A DNA stretch of 64,000 nucleotides from Oceanispirochaeta sp. (GTDB lineage Bacteria > Spirochaetota > Spirochaetia > DSM-2461): NCBI GenBank assembly GCA_963663385.2, contig CAXXXD010000002.1:128001-192000 (forward strand), read 5' to 3'. Shown in pieces: positions 1 through 8,715 of the stretch. Numbering within the stretch: position 1 is the first letter of the stretch; every line of letters begins with the position of its first letter. Below the pieces are notes generated by a model, which saw only the letters and a program-made list of their open reading frames with translations, did no database searches and was not told the DNA's origin. Both the position numbers and the translations under genes were made by a program.

Positions 1-342
1 TTTTTCATCAATTTCCTTTTCGGTATATTTTGTTTTGGAAACTCTCAAAGGCGATGCAATGTTTTCATAGATGGTAAATGAAGGGTAGTTTACAAACTGC
101 TGATATACCATCGACACATTCCGCTGCTGTACTGACAGTCTGGTTACATCGACATCATCGTACAGGATCCTGCCGTTTGTCGGTTTTTCGATTCCCGCTA
201 TGATTTTCAGCAAAGATGTTTTTCCCGATCCGGTGGGTGCGAGCAGTACAGAAAAATCCCCGTCGTTTACAACCAGATTGACTTTATCCAAAATCTTGTA
301 GCCCTGGTGAACCTTTGTCACATTTTCAATAACAATCCCCAT
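1..342 (-). CDS. ABC transporter ATP-binding protein, CUT1/GlpS-like glycerol importer (5' part; runs off the window edge)
   Basis: Not in the ORF track. Manual translation from ATG at 342: MGIVIENVTKVHQGYKILDKVNLVVNDGDFSVLLAPTGSGKTSLLKIIAG...VSMVYQQFVNYPSFTIYENIASPL. It has Walker A (APTGSGKT) and a Q-loop VYQQFVNYP that I associate with GlpS-type ATPases. AAAGGA lies upstream. Confidence 0.85.
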   Translation of the reverse strand, partial: MGIVIENVTKVHQGYKILDKVNLVVNDGDFSVLLAPTGSGKTSLLKIIAGIEKPTNGRILYDDVDVTRLSVQQRNVSMVYQQFVNYPSFTIYENIASPLRVSKTKYTEKEIDEK

Positions 343-380
343 AAACTTATCTGTTCCTTTTTTTTCGATTAACTTAGTTA

Positions 381-408
381 ACATTATCATGAATACAGCA
401 CATGTCAA
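381..408 (-). promoter_or_regulatory. sigma70-type promoter of the ABC ATPase operon
   Basis: Minus strand reads TTGACA (408-403), a 16-nt spacer ending in TGA (extended -10), then TAATGT (386-381). Near-palindrome TTAACTTAGTTAA at 369-381 overlaps the predicted start site. Confidence 0.6.
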
Positions 409-1022
409 GAAAAATTATGAACGAAATATATAAAAACGATCATATAAAAACAACAACGATCAAAATTAATTTTTTTATATAATAAATATATGTATTTTAT
501 ATGTTGTCGGACAATTATCGATATTTTCATATTGATTATTGAAGGGTTTGGGAGAAAAGGGCTTCTTATATTTATTTTTCACATCAGGTATGAAAAAGTT
601 ATATGTGAATAAAGTGTTATTGAAATGAATAATACAGTAATATAGAAGGTAATTAATGCAGAATACGTAAACGTAAAGACAAAATTACTGGTGGTGAAAT
701 CCTGAAAAAATACAAAAATGTCTGTGACAGCTTCATTTGAATTAATATAAAAACAAACATTCTTTTTTATAAATTTAATGATATCTATCTGATCGATTTA
801 CTGTTGGTTTTTAGAATTCTTCTTTGATTTACCAGGTATAGTTATTTTGTTTTTAAAATGATTTTTTGTCTTTCTACACACTTCGGCAGGGCTGACGAAT
901 ATCCATACTTCAAAATATTGAATCGTTCTGGGCTGCGGGTCAGCATTTTAAAGATGGAAGCAGTTTCTTCAAAGTGACAGGATTATAATCCCGGTTCAGA
1001 TATATACCATCCTTTCCCCGTG

Positions 1023-1070
1023 AAAAAGGGGCTATTGTTCAAGACGTTTCGACTTTTGCAGCAGCCCCTT
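1023..1070 (-). terminator. Probable intrinsic terminator of the B-repeat lipoprotein gene
   Basis: AAGGGGCT (1026-1033) pairs with AGCCCCTT (1063-1070) around an imperfect inner stem. It is followed by a T-run on the minus strand and lies 17 nt after the stop at 1088. Confidence 0.55.
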
Positions 1071-1087
1071 GTTCATGTGTTTTTTTT

Positions 1088-3181
1088 CTAGAACCGTCGG
1101 ACGGCTCGCACCTCATAACCCCGGCTCTTTAAGCCGTTTAACTGGTCGCCGTCACGGAAGTCCTTATTCCCGGCAGTTATGGCACTGTATTCAGTGGAAC
1201 TCCAGTAATAGTTGTCTTCGAAATTACCGTATCCCTGCTGGTCAAGCTCGTTATACATCGCCCCTAAAGAAGAAGATGCCGGCAGGAACCAATCGCTGTA
1301 TATAACGCCTGCATTGGTGATACTGTACGCAGCCGCTGCATCGGCGGCCTTATTGGAAGTTCCGGTATCGTACTGGATTATATCAAGTGTGTTCTGATAC
1401 CCGTCGCCGTAATCTGTCCCGTCCGCTCCGGTTACGGTGAAGGAATAAGTACCCCAATCGTGTCCGAAATACGAAGTTGTGGCATCGGTAGGCGCTGCTT
1501 CCAGATAGCGCCAGCCGCCGGTATCATTACCCTTATCGTAGAAAATCCATCCGCCTGCCGGTCCCCTGTCCCGGAGAGAATATGTCCCTGGCGCATTCCA
1601 CACGGCATATAGTGTAATATTGGAATTACTCATAGTGTAATAATACTGATCCGCATAGGTTACAGCTCCGTCTGCCGACAGCGCCCACCCTGCAAAGGTC
1701 CAGCCGGTCTTTGTAAATGTACAGGCCGTCAGATTCTCACTGCCTCCGTAATTGATTGTTTGAACGGCCATCGATCCGGCAGCGCCATAATCGTTTTTAT
1801 TAAAAGTGATGTTGTAGCTGTTGAGTTCCCAATTAGCATACAGGGTCGTACTGTCTGCAATATCCCAGTCATGAACACTATTCATTAATCCGTCATAATA
1901 TTGGGTTCCTGTTCCATCAGTTCCGGTATAATAGCCAAGCAGGGTGTGTTCAAACAGAGCCGGAGCTGTTGCGGAAGGCATTGATGATCCGAAATATGCT
2001 ACCACACTGGCAGATCCTCCCGATCCTCCCCGGCTGTCTAAGGTAACCGTATAGCTGTTCGGTATCCAGTAGGCATAAAGTGTCGTATCACCTCCAATGT
2101 CCCATGTCTTCAAACTGGCCATGGTGTTTGAATAGTATTGCGACCCCGTACCGAGTGTTTCGCTGAAGTAACCTCCAAATGTATAGCCTGTTCTTGACGG
2201 CGCTGTTGCCGAAGGCATTGATGCATCAAATTTAGCGCTTATTTCCGTTGTACCCCCTGATCCTTCCTGTTGATCCAGGATTACGGAGTATGTTTCCGCA
2301 TTCCAGATGGCATATAGAGCGGCATCCCCGGCTCCTATCTGGAAACTGCTGCCGGGGGCTCTCGGGATTCCATTACCGTCTGCCTGAGTATCCCAGCGGC
2401 TGAAAGTATAGCCGGTTCTTGTCATAGTTCCCGGACCGTATACATAGACGATCGCACCTTCTTCATAATTGTTTTTGTCATCGGGAGCGCTTGCCCCGTC
2501 AGAACCGTTTCCGTCGTATATGACATTATAGGTTGGATTATAGGTCCACTGGGCATAGAGGGTAATATCATCTGCCGGCATGGTAAAACTGCTGTCTACA
2601 AGGTAATCTGTGCCGCTTCCGTCGGCTTTTGTGTTCCAGCCGACAAAAGAAGCCGCTGTCAAAGACAGGGTTCCCTTGCTTTTTACCGTTACAGTCTGTC
2701 CCTCCTCGTAATTAATGGCGTCGCTGGGAGCCTCTCCTCCGTCATTTCCATTCCCGTTATATGTGACATTGTAGACAGGATTGGCCGACCACTGGGCATA
2801 CAGTGTGATATCTTCCGTTCCGATGATGATACTGTCGCCTTCACCGTAAGCATCGGAACTTCCGTCTTTGGCGGTATTCCAGCTGGTGAAGGAGTATCCC
2901 TCTTTCGACAGTCCGTTTGTATTTCCCAGTACAGTTGCGGTCGACCCTTCTTCGTAGCTGTTGCTGTCTTCGGGAACAAGTCCTGCCGTGTTTCCATTAC
3001 CATCGTATATTACCGAGAATCCCGGGACTGTTTTATCGGCCTTAAAGTCTTCTTCAATCTGTTTTTCGATTGCGTCAAGATAGGGTGAATCCAGTTTACA
3101 GGCTCCGAATATCATCGGAAGGCAAACGGATAAGAGGACAATAGCTGTTGAAATACTGGAAATTCCGGGTTTCTTTTTCAT
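1088..3181 (-). CDS. Surface lipoprotein with six InlB B-repeats (Listeria-Bacteroides repeat) and a C-terminal DUF1566/Lcl-like C-type-lectin-fold domain
   Basis: Start moved to ATG 3181 (MKKKPG), overlapping the upstream stop as TAATG. Signal peptide ends MIFGAC. Six repeats of pattern VxY/FxxNG...GYxFxxW...LYAxW. C-terminus GPAGGWIFYDKG...WRYLEAAP...DWFLP...YYWSSTE...VRAVRRF. Confidence 0.85.
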   Translation of the reverse strand: MKKKPGISSISTAIVLLSVCLPMIFGACKLDSPYLDAIEKQIEEDFKADKTVPGFSVIYDGNGNTAGLVPEDSNSYEEGSTATVLGNTNGLSKEGYSFTSWNTAKDGSSDAYGEGDSIIIGTEDITLYAQWSANPVYNVTYNGNGNDGGEAPSDAINYEEGQTVTVKSKGTLSLTAASFVGWNTKADGSGTDYLVDSSFTMPADDITLYAQWTYNPTYNVIYDGNGSDGASAPDDKNNYEEGAIVYVYGPGTMTRTGYTFSRWDTQADGNGIPRAPGSSFQIGAGDAALYAIWNAETYSVILDQQEGSGGTTEISAKFDASMPSATAPSRTGYTFGGYFSETLGTGSQYYSNTMASLKTWDIGGDTTLYAYWIPNSYTVTLDSRGGSGGSASVVAYFGSSMPSATAPALFEHTLLGYYTGTDGTGTQYYDGLMNSVHDWDIADSTTLYANWELNSYNITFNKNDYGAAGSMAVQTINYGGSENLTACTFTKTGWTFAGWALSADGAVTYADQYYYTMSNSNITLYAVWNAPGTYSLRDRGPAGGWIFYDKGNDTGGWRYLEAAPTDATTSYFGHDWGTYSFTVTGADGTDYGDGYQNTLDIIQYDTGTSNKAADAAAAYSITNAGVIYSDWFLPASSSLGAMYNELDQQGYGNFEDNYYWSSTEYSAITAGNKDFRDGDQLNGLKSRGYEVRAVRRF

Positions 3182-5301
3182 TACTCTTCCTCCTCCCATA
3201 GCATTGTATCCCTGATACCGCTTGCATCGGCCGCTCTGGTGGCATCTTCTCCCTTCAGGTCAAGGTAGGCATACTTCTCTGCCAGATCGGGATTGAGCTC
3301 TTTAATTTCGTCGAATGTCTTTTTTGACAGGTAGTAATTTTCGAGTTCATGCGCACAGCGGGTAATCCCCAGGAGGGCCGACCAGTTGTGTTCTTTTTTC
3401 TCCGCTGCCCTCTGGTAATAGCCCAGAGCCTCTTCATACTGTTTCCGGAGATACAGGATATTGCCCAGGTTTGTAAGGGCCGGTGCATATTCCAGCTGTG
3501 ACAGAGCAGCCCTGAAATTCTCTTCTGCCTCTTCGTATAATCCGTATCTGGCATGCAGTACGGCTATCCTGTTTCGTGTCCTCATATCATTCGGGTCTTC
3601 CACCAGTTTCTGCTGTAAGGCATTTAACCGCGGCTGAATCTCCTTTCTGACAAATCTGTTTATTGTTTTTACGAATTGACTGGTTACACCCTGTTTATCC
3701 GGCAGACGCAGACTGTCTTCTCCCTCCCGGAAACCCACCGCCTGGTAGAGTTTCCAGGCCTCCCGTACCGGGTATAGAACCGCTTGTTCTTTCCCTTTGT
3801 TTTCCCTCCACTCTTTGGCGCCGGTAGCCCAGGCTTCATCGAAGCTCTCCTGAAACATTGTGATTTCGACAGGAATCCATGCCTTGTTCTCCAGAAAGAT
3901 AAGTTCATTCTGATCACTGAAATTATTTGGGGCCTCATCCTCGGCGCATTTCAGAGCAAATGCGGCGTAGATATGCCCGGGAACTGTAACAAACGCTGTT
4001 TCCACACCCACCGATTCCAGAAGGGATGTGTAGAGGGCTGTCAGATCATCGCAATCTCCATTGGTATATTGCAGGGTCTGTCTGGGGAACTGTAGAAAAT
4101 CTATAGCTTCCGTTTCTTCGGAGAACTCCGAGAAAGGGGTGGTCGGGTCAATTTCATAACGGATACCATAGTTTTTTACTGCTTCGAATACGGCCATTCC
4201 CTTCTGGAGGTTTTCATCAATCGCCGGATTCTGGCTCTCTTTTATCCAGGTCATGACGTTTTTGGAAAAATTCATGATTTCGGGGTCTTTGGCGGTTATA
4301 AAGGAAGCGATACGGCGGTCGTCATTCCATGAGAGGGCGTTTCTGTTATAGAACTCCAGTATGCCGGTTATGTCTTTGGAGAATGTCTTCTTCTGGGAAG
4401 AGCGATTTACCATGATTCTGGCAGATACTTTGGTTCCTTCCGTAATTTCCAGCAGATCGTCCGTGAACAAAGCGAAGAGCTCGACAGTTCTCTCTTCTCC
4501 CGCCTTAAGTTGAAAAGGTTCGCAGACGGGCATGGGATTATCCATATACTGTTCTACAAAGAATTCCACATCAATATTTTCGGCAGTGCTGTTTGATGTG
4601 TTCCGTATGTTTATGGTTCCGATGGGATTGCTCCCGTAGTAGGAATAGAGTACCGGGAACAGGGGAATCAGTCTGATATTTCCCATATCCAGGTCCAATC
4701 CTTCCCTTTTTAGTTCCGGGTAATCGAGGTGTACCGCAAGATGGAAACTCACCCCATTATAGAGGTTATTGTAATAGTCGTAGGAAACCCCGGTTCCCAA
4801 TGTGAATGGACCAGCAATACGGAACAGGACTCCCGCATCGGCACTGAGGACCAGGCCGCTTCCATTGGAATCATCCGCATCCCATCCACCGCCGGGATTC
4901 CAGTAGTAGTATCCGGCCTGACCGCCGGAGAAAAGGGACAGCCTGTCATTAAGGGGGTATCGGAAAACCGGCCCCGCCGAAGCCGAGACTGTCCATACTG
5001 CATTATCTGATTTGGCATAGGACTCCAGAGGAAGGAAAAGATAATCGAAGACCGCTTCGGTTCCGAAATATTTCCAGGCCTCCGGTATGAATGTGAAAGA
5101 GGCGTCTACACCACCTCCGAAATCAAAAACATCAGAGCTTGATCCGAGAGGGAGCGACCCGTAGGGGATCATGGCGTAGGAGTATTGATTATCCGGTTGC
5201 CGGGAGAGCTGTGGTCCGGGAAAAATCTGTTCCATTTGCTGGCAGAAAAGAGTCGTACTGAATAGAAGAGACAGAATTACTATAAATATTGAGGGTTTCA
5301 T
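3181..5301 (-). CDS. Exported protein: N-terminal beta-barrel-like region, Ig-like domain, transglutaminase-like cysteine-enzyme domain, C-terminal TPRs
   Basis: Signal peptide, then about 160 aa of alternating aromatic/Gly strands. GDCDDL (Cys), PGHIY (His) and WIPVE (acid) fit a transglutaminase-like triad. TPR motifs such as ALTNLGNILYLRKQYEEALGYYQRA. Confidence 0.75.
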   Translation of the reverse strand: MKPSIFIVILSLLFSTTLFCQQMEQIFPGPQLSRQPDNQYSYAMIPYGSLPLGSSSDVFDFGGGVDASFTFIPEAWKYFGTEAVFDYLFLPLESYAKSDNAVWTVSASAGPVFRYPLNDRLSLFSGGQAGYYYWNPGGGWDADDSNGSGLVLSADAGVLFRIAGPFTLGTGVSYDYYNNLYNGVSFHLAVHLDYPELKREGLDLDMGNIRLIPLFPVLYSYYGSNPIGTINIRNTSNSTAENIDVEFFVEQYMDNPMPVCEPFQLKAGEERTVELFALFTDDLLEITEGTKVSARIMVNRSSQKKTFSKDITGILEFYNRNALSWNDDRRIASFITAKDPEIMNFSKNVMTWIKESQNPAIDENLQKGMAVFEAVKNYGIRYEIDPTTPFSEFSEETEAIDFLQFPRQTLQYTNGDCDDLTALYTSLLESVGVETAFVTVPGHIYAAFALKCAEDEAPNNFSDQNELIFLENKAWIPVEITMFQESFDEAWATGAKEWRENKGKEQAVLYPVREAWKLYQAVGFREGEDSLRLPDKQGVTSQFVKTINRFVRKEIQPRLNALQQKLVEDPNDMRTRNRIAVLHARYGLYEEAEENFRAALSQLEYAPALTNLGNILYLRKQYEEALGYYQRAAEKKEHNWSALLGITRCAHELENYYLSKKTFDEIKELNPDLAEKYAYLDLKGEDATRAADASGIRDTMLWEEEE

Positions 5302-5321
5302 ATCTTCCTCCCCTGTTATTA

Positions 5322-5364
5322 ATGGTAAAACCGTTCAGGGGAAATAACACTGTACCAAAGTGCA
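5322..5364 (-). promoter_or_regulatory. Candidate activator site and -10 box upstream of the transglutaminase/adhesin genes
   Basis: Imperfect palindrome TGTACCAAAGTGCA (5351-5364) and TACCAT on the minus strand (5327-5322). The palindrome centre would be about -42.5. Confidence 0.35.
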
Positions 5365-5374
5365 AAGGGCTTTA

Positions 5375-6706
5375 TTATTTTCTGTTTTTCATAAGAAGAG
5401 GGAAGGATGTCGATTCCGTTTTCCGGTCCGGAAAGAGTTTATAGGACTCCAGCATCCGGAAGAGTTCAATGCGGTTACGTACCTGGAGTTTGGTGTATAT
5501 GGAACTGTTGTGGTATTTTACGGTCCGCAGGGAGATTCCGAGATGCTCCGCTATCTCCCGTCCTTTCCTTCCTGCGATAAGAAGCTGGAGTACTTCCATC
5601 TCTTTCTCCGTCAGGGGAAAGAGGGCTCTGAACCTTATATGATCATTTATCTGTCTTCCCAGGAGGGATATCCCGAGATTGTCACCATAGGCATCTTTAA
5701 TAAGGGAAAATTTCAGGTCCAGCCATACAGACTTGCTTCCTGCTGCCTGAACACGGCAGGAAAAGTCCTGAATCTCCTCCCGGACAAGACGTTTCAGGTC
5801 TGTTGAAAGGGAAGGACTGAGGTTTATCATCTCCTTCATATCCTCCCCTGTTACAGTCGGCAGTGCTTCTCTCCCGCCGGCAGAGTCGTCTTTCGCGGAA
5901 GAGAATAAACGTTCCGCCGCTCTGTTAAGAAAAACAGGCGAGTAATCCGTATCCAGAAGAATGACCGGTTCGTCGATATTATTCAGAATGTCCCTGCTGG
6001 CATTCTCCGGCTTCCAGGAAAGGAAGTTATACCGCGCTACAGCGTAGCCGACTCCGGAAATCCAGAGTATCCCGAAGATAGGAGAGATAGCGATTGACTG
6101 CCAGTTGGTAAGAAGGGGCAGAATAAAGGGCTCTACATTAAAGAGTACTATCGAAGCCATCATGGAAATAACCAGCAGAAGAGCCTGTTTCTTCTCCCGT
6201 TTACTGCCGGTATTCTTTCTCCATCGGAGCATCAGTATCATGGAAATCACATAGTAGGAGAGATAATTAAGCATCAGAAGCAGCAGGGCCGGGGATCCCA
6301 GGTCGGGGACGGCAGTCCATAAGTTCCCGGTTTTGACAAAGTCTCTGTATACGAGGAGTCCTGTCCAGCTTCTATACAGGAAGCAGAAAGACGGCAGATA
6401 GATTAAAAGTATATACTTGCCGGAAAAAATCTTTTTATTGATTCCGGTAATTCTGAGGGTGAAATGGAGTGTAAAGGCGTGGAGGAATATGAACCCCGAA
6501 GAGCTTAGCTTATAGAATAGAAAAACCTCTTCCCTGGTATTTGCCGAGTATCCGAGGGCTGCTGCCAGCAGCCAGTTGCAAAGACACAGGGTCATGCAGA
6601 GGAAAAGCCGGTTAACAACGGATTCTGGATTCTTCTGGTATACGTAAATCCCTTCGGTCAGGGTGATTGTGAAAACAATCGTCGCTATAAAGGACAGGTA
6701 ATTCAT
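5375..6706 (-). CDS. Membrane-bound one-component regulator: HisKA_7TM-like sensor, PAS-like domain, LuxR-type HTH
   Basis: Start moved to ATG 6706 (MNYLSF; GAGGA upstream). About seven hydrophobic helices, then ILNNIDEPVILLD...FLNRAAERLF (PAS) and LTEKEMEVLQLLIAGRKGREIAEHLGISLRTVKYHNSSIYTKLQV (LuxR HTH). Confidence 0.85.
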   Translation of the reverse strand: MNYLSFIATIVFTITLTEGIYVYQKNPESVVNRLFLCMTLCLCNWLLAAALGYSANTREEVFLFYKLSSSGFIFLHAFTLHFTLRITGINKKIFSGKYILLIYLPSFCFLYRSWTGLLVYRDFVKTGNLWTAVPDLGSPALLLLMLNYLSYYVISMILMLRWRKNTGSKREKKQALLLVISMMASIVLFNVEPFILPLLTNWQSIAISPIFGILWISGVGYAVARYNFLSWKPENASRDILNNIDEPVILLDTDYSPVFLNRAAERLFSSAKDDSAGGREALPTVTGEDMKEMINLSPSLSTDLKRLVREEIQDFSCRVQAAGSKSVWLDLKFSLIKDAYGDNLGISLLGRQINDHIRFRALFPLTEKEMEVLQLLIAGRKGREIAEHLGISLRTVKYHNSSIYTKLQVRNRIELFRMLESYKLFPDRKTESTSFPLLMKNRK

Positions 6707-6710
6707 ATTT

Positions 6711-7865
6711 TTACAAATCCTCAAAACAGACAGTCTTGTTCCGCCCCGTTTTCTTGGCTTCATAAAGCGCTTTATCCGCTCTTTCAAAAAGAACGGAGGG
6801 ATTATGATCTTTTCGGGGGATCATGGTTGTAATCCCGAAACTGCAGGAAACAATCCCGATATTCGGGTTTCCCTCATGGAGAATTTTTTCATCTGCAATA
6901 CAGTTTCTGATTGTCTCGCAGAACAGAAAGGATTTCTCCGGGTCGGACTCGGGGAGGAGTATAATAAATTCCTCACCTCCATAACGGGCTGCCAGATCAG
7001 TTATGCGTTTGCAGCAATTTTTCAGAATGTCCGCCAATTTTCTGAGGCATACATCCCCCTGCTGATGCCCATACAGGTCATTGAAGTTTTTAAAATGGTC
7101 CACATCCAGTACAATCATGGTAAGGGGGTTGCCGTTTCTCACGGCTCTATTCCACTCTGCTTCCAGTGTATCCTTATATTTTCTTTTATTGGCAAGACCT
7201 GTCAGGCTGTCTGTTTCGCTGAGGGACCTGAGTTCTTCATTGGCCGATAAAAGAGACTGTTCCATACGGCTGTTTTCTACAAAGAAATAGAGAGAAAACA
7301 GAAACACTGTTATCAGGGATCCGACAATAGACGAGTATCTGTAAAGCAGCAGCAGTCTGGTGGAATAGGAGTATTGGATCCCGCCCAGTTCGAATATCAC
7401 TATGGAAAGGATAGTTAGAAAAACAGTAAGGAGATCGTAGAAAACTACCTTTTTCCATTCCCTGTTGCTGTAAAGAAACATAGGAGAAATAATACAGGCG
7501 AAGAAGAAGTGGATGAGCCCGGCCTGCGGTCCCATAACAACTGTGATGGCAGCTACATAAAAGTTTCCTGCCAGAAGGATCAGCCTTCTGGTCAGTATAT
7601 AGTATTCTTCTGTGTCAAGAAGGAGGATAATTCCGAAAACCGTGATTCCGCAACACTGGAGAAGAGCGGATTTGCAGGCGTGGAAGATCAGGGCAAGGAT
7701 CATGAAGATGGTTACAAGAGTTATAACGAGAAGACTCATAAATCTCACTATTCGCACGATTTTTTTCTGCTTCTCTTCCTGTTTCGTAAGGGGTAAATCC
7801 TGTTTCAGAGGAGAATGAAATTCGGCATTATCCATATAGTATATGCTACGCGTTTTATTAATCAT
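6711..7865 (-). CDS. Membrane-anchored diguanylate cyclase (GGDEF domain)
   Basis: Several TM helices and a coiled coil, then TDSLTGLANKR, DVDHFKNFNDLYGH, I-site RITD, active site RYGGEEF and ADKALYEAKKTGRN. Start uncertain (7865 or 7835); the ORF-track start overlaps the divergent gene. Confidence 0.9.
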   Translation of the reverse strand: MINKTRSIYYMDNAEFHSPLKQDLPLTKQEEKQKKIVRIVRFMSLLVITLVTIFMILALIFHACKSALLQCCGITVFGIILLLDTEEYYILTRRLILLAGNFYVAAITVVMGPQAGLIHFFFACIISPMFLYSNREWKKVVFYDLLTVFLTILSIVIFELGGIQYSYSTRLLLLYRYSSIVGSLITVFLFSLYFFVENSRMEQSLLSANEELRSLSETDSLTGLANKRKYKDTLEAEWNRAVRNGNPLTMIVLDVDHFKNFNDLYGHQQGDVCLRKLADILKNCCKRITDLAARYGGEEFIILLPESDPEKSFLFCETIRNCIADEKILHEGNPNIGIVSCSFGITTMIPRKDHNPSVLFERADKALYEAKKTGRNKTVCFEDL

Positions 7866-7959
7866 TATCAAATTCCGCTTCTTCAGAAAGGTCTTATGGA
7901 AAAAGATTCCCCATGAGGATATTATAAACACTGAACTGATTAAATGGAAAGGCATTGTC

Positions 7960-8715
7960 ATGAAACTATCGGATAAAATGAAGCAGGCCGGGTGGGTAAT
8001 CCTTAAGGAAAGAAATGGCTCTTATACCGTATATGGGTCAAATACACAGGAATACCGTTATGATGCCCTGCGGAACAGCTGGTCCGAGGATCTGAAGACT
8101 ATAGAACTTGCCCTGGAAGAGGATTTAAAAGGGAATCCTTCTACCGGGAGCTGCTCAGGGCGGTCTCCCTTTGTCATTTCATCCAGACTGACTGCCCTGA
8201 ACCATACAAAACAAATCTCTCAACCGGTAAAATATCTCTGTTCCGAGGGTTTTTTTACGGGAAAATCCATACTGCATCTGGGTACCGGTCTGGATCGTTT
8301 TGCGGGAAGTGCCATGCTGAAGGCGGGCTGTTCCGGTGTAGCCGATTATGATCCGAATTTCTTCCCCGACAGGTCTGTACTGAGCCGTAAATACGATATT
8401 GTCATGGCTCACTATGTTTTGAATATCCTTCCTCCGGCGGATAGAAAACAGGTTTATGCTCTGATTCAGCAGACTCTGAATGATTCCGGACGGGCCTACC
8501 TTACGGTACAGGGAATCTGGCCGGTGGAACACAAGTATGAGATCCTCGGCCCTCTGGAGGACGGTTTTGAAATCCGGACAGGCCTTAACAGGACCTTCCG
8601 GAAAGGGTACAGTCCGGAAGGGTTTCTGGATGAGATAAGAACCGAACTGGGCGGTACCTCCCGCATCCTCACAACCTTTTACAGCAATACCCTGGCGGAA
8701 TGGTGCAGGAGGTAA
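7960..8715 (+). CDS. Class I SAM-dependent methyltransferase-like protein
   Basis: Start moved to ATG 7960 (MKLSDK). Motif I-like ILHLGTG, then DYDPNFFP, KYDIVMAHYVLNIL, GRAYLTV and TFRKGY. Confidence 0.7.
   Translation: MKLSDKMKQAGWVILKERNGSYTVYGSNTQEYRYDALRNSWSEDLKTIELALEEDLKGNPSTGSCSGRSPFVISSRLTALNHTKQISQPVKYLCSEGFFTGKSILHLGTGLDRFAGSAMLKAGCSGVADYDPNFFPDRSVLSRKYDIVMAHYVLNILPPADRKQVYALIQQTLNDSGRAYLTVQGIWPVEHKYEILGPLEDGFEIRTGLNRTFRKGYSPEGFLDEIRTELGGTSRILTTFYSNTLAEWCRR

Noticed and set aside
1026..1070. GACTTTTGCAGCAGCCCC resembling an IS1182-type end
   Set aside because: No transposase, partner end or target duplication nearby; a terminator role is sufficient.
343..1230. Complete diversity-generating retroelement
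   Set aside because: No reverse transcriptase, Avd or template repeat in the window; kept only as a low-interest remote-target idea.
1600..3020. Recurring nucleotide similarity suggesting a DNA repeat array
   Set aside because: Explained by six diverged protein B-repeats within one ORF.
7843..7961. Apparent head-to-head overlap of the DGC and methyltransferase ORFs
   Set aside because: Artefact of longest-ORF starts; ATG 7865 (or 7835) and ATG 7960 give a normal divergent gap.
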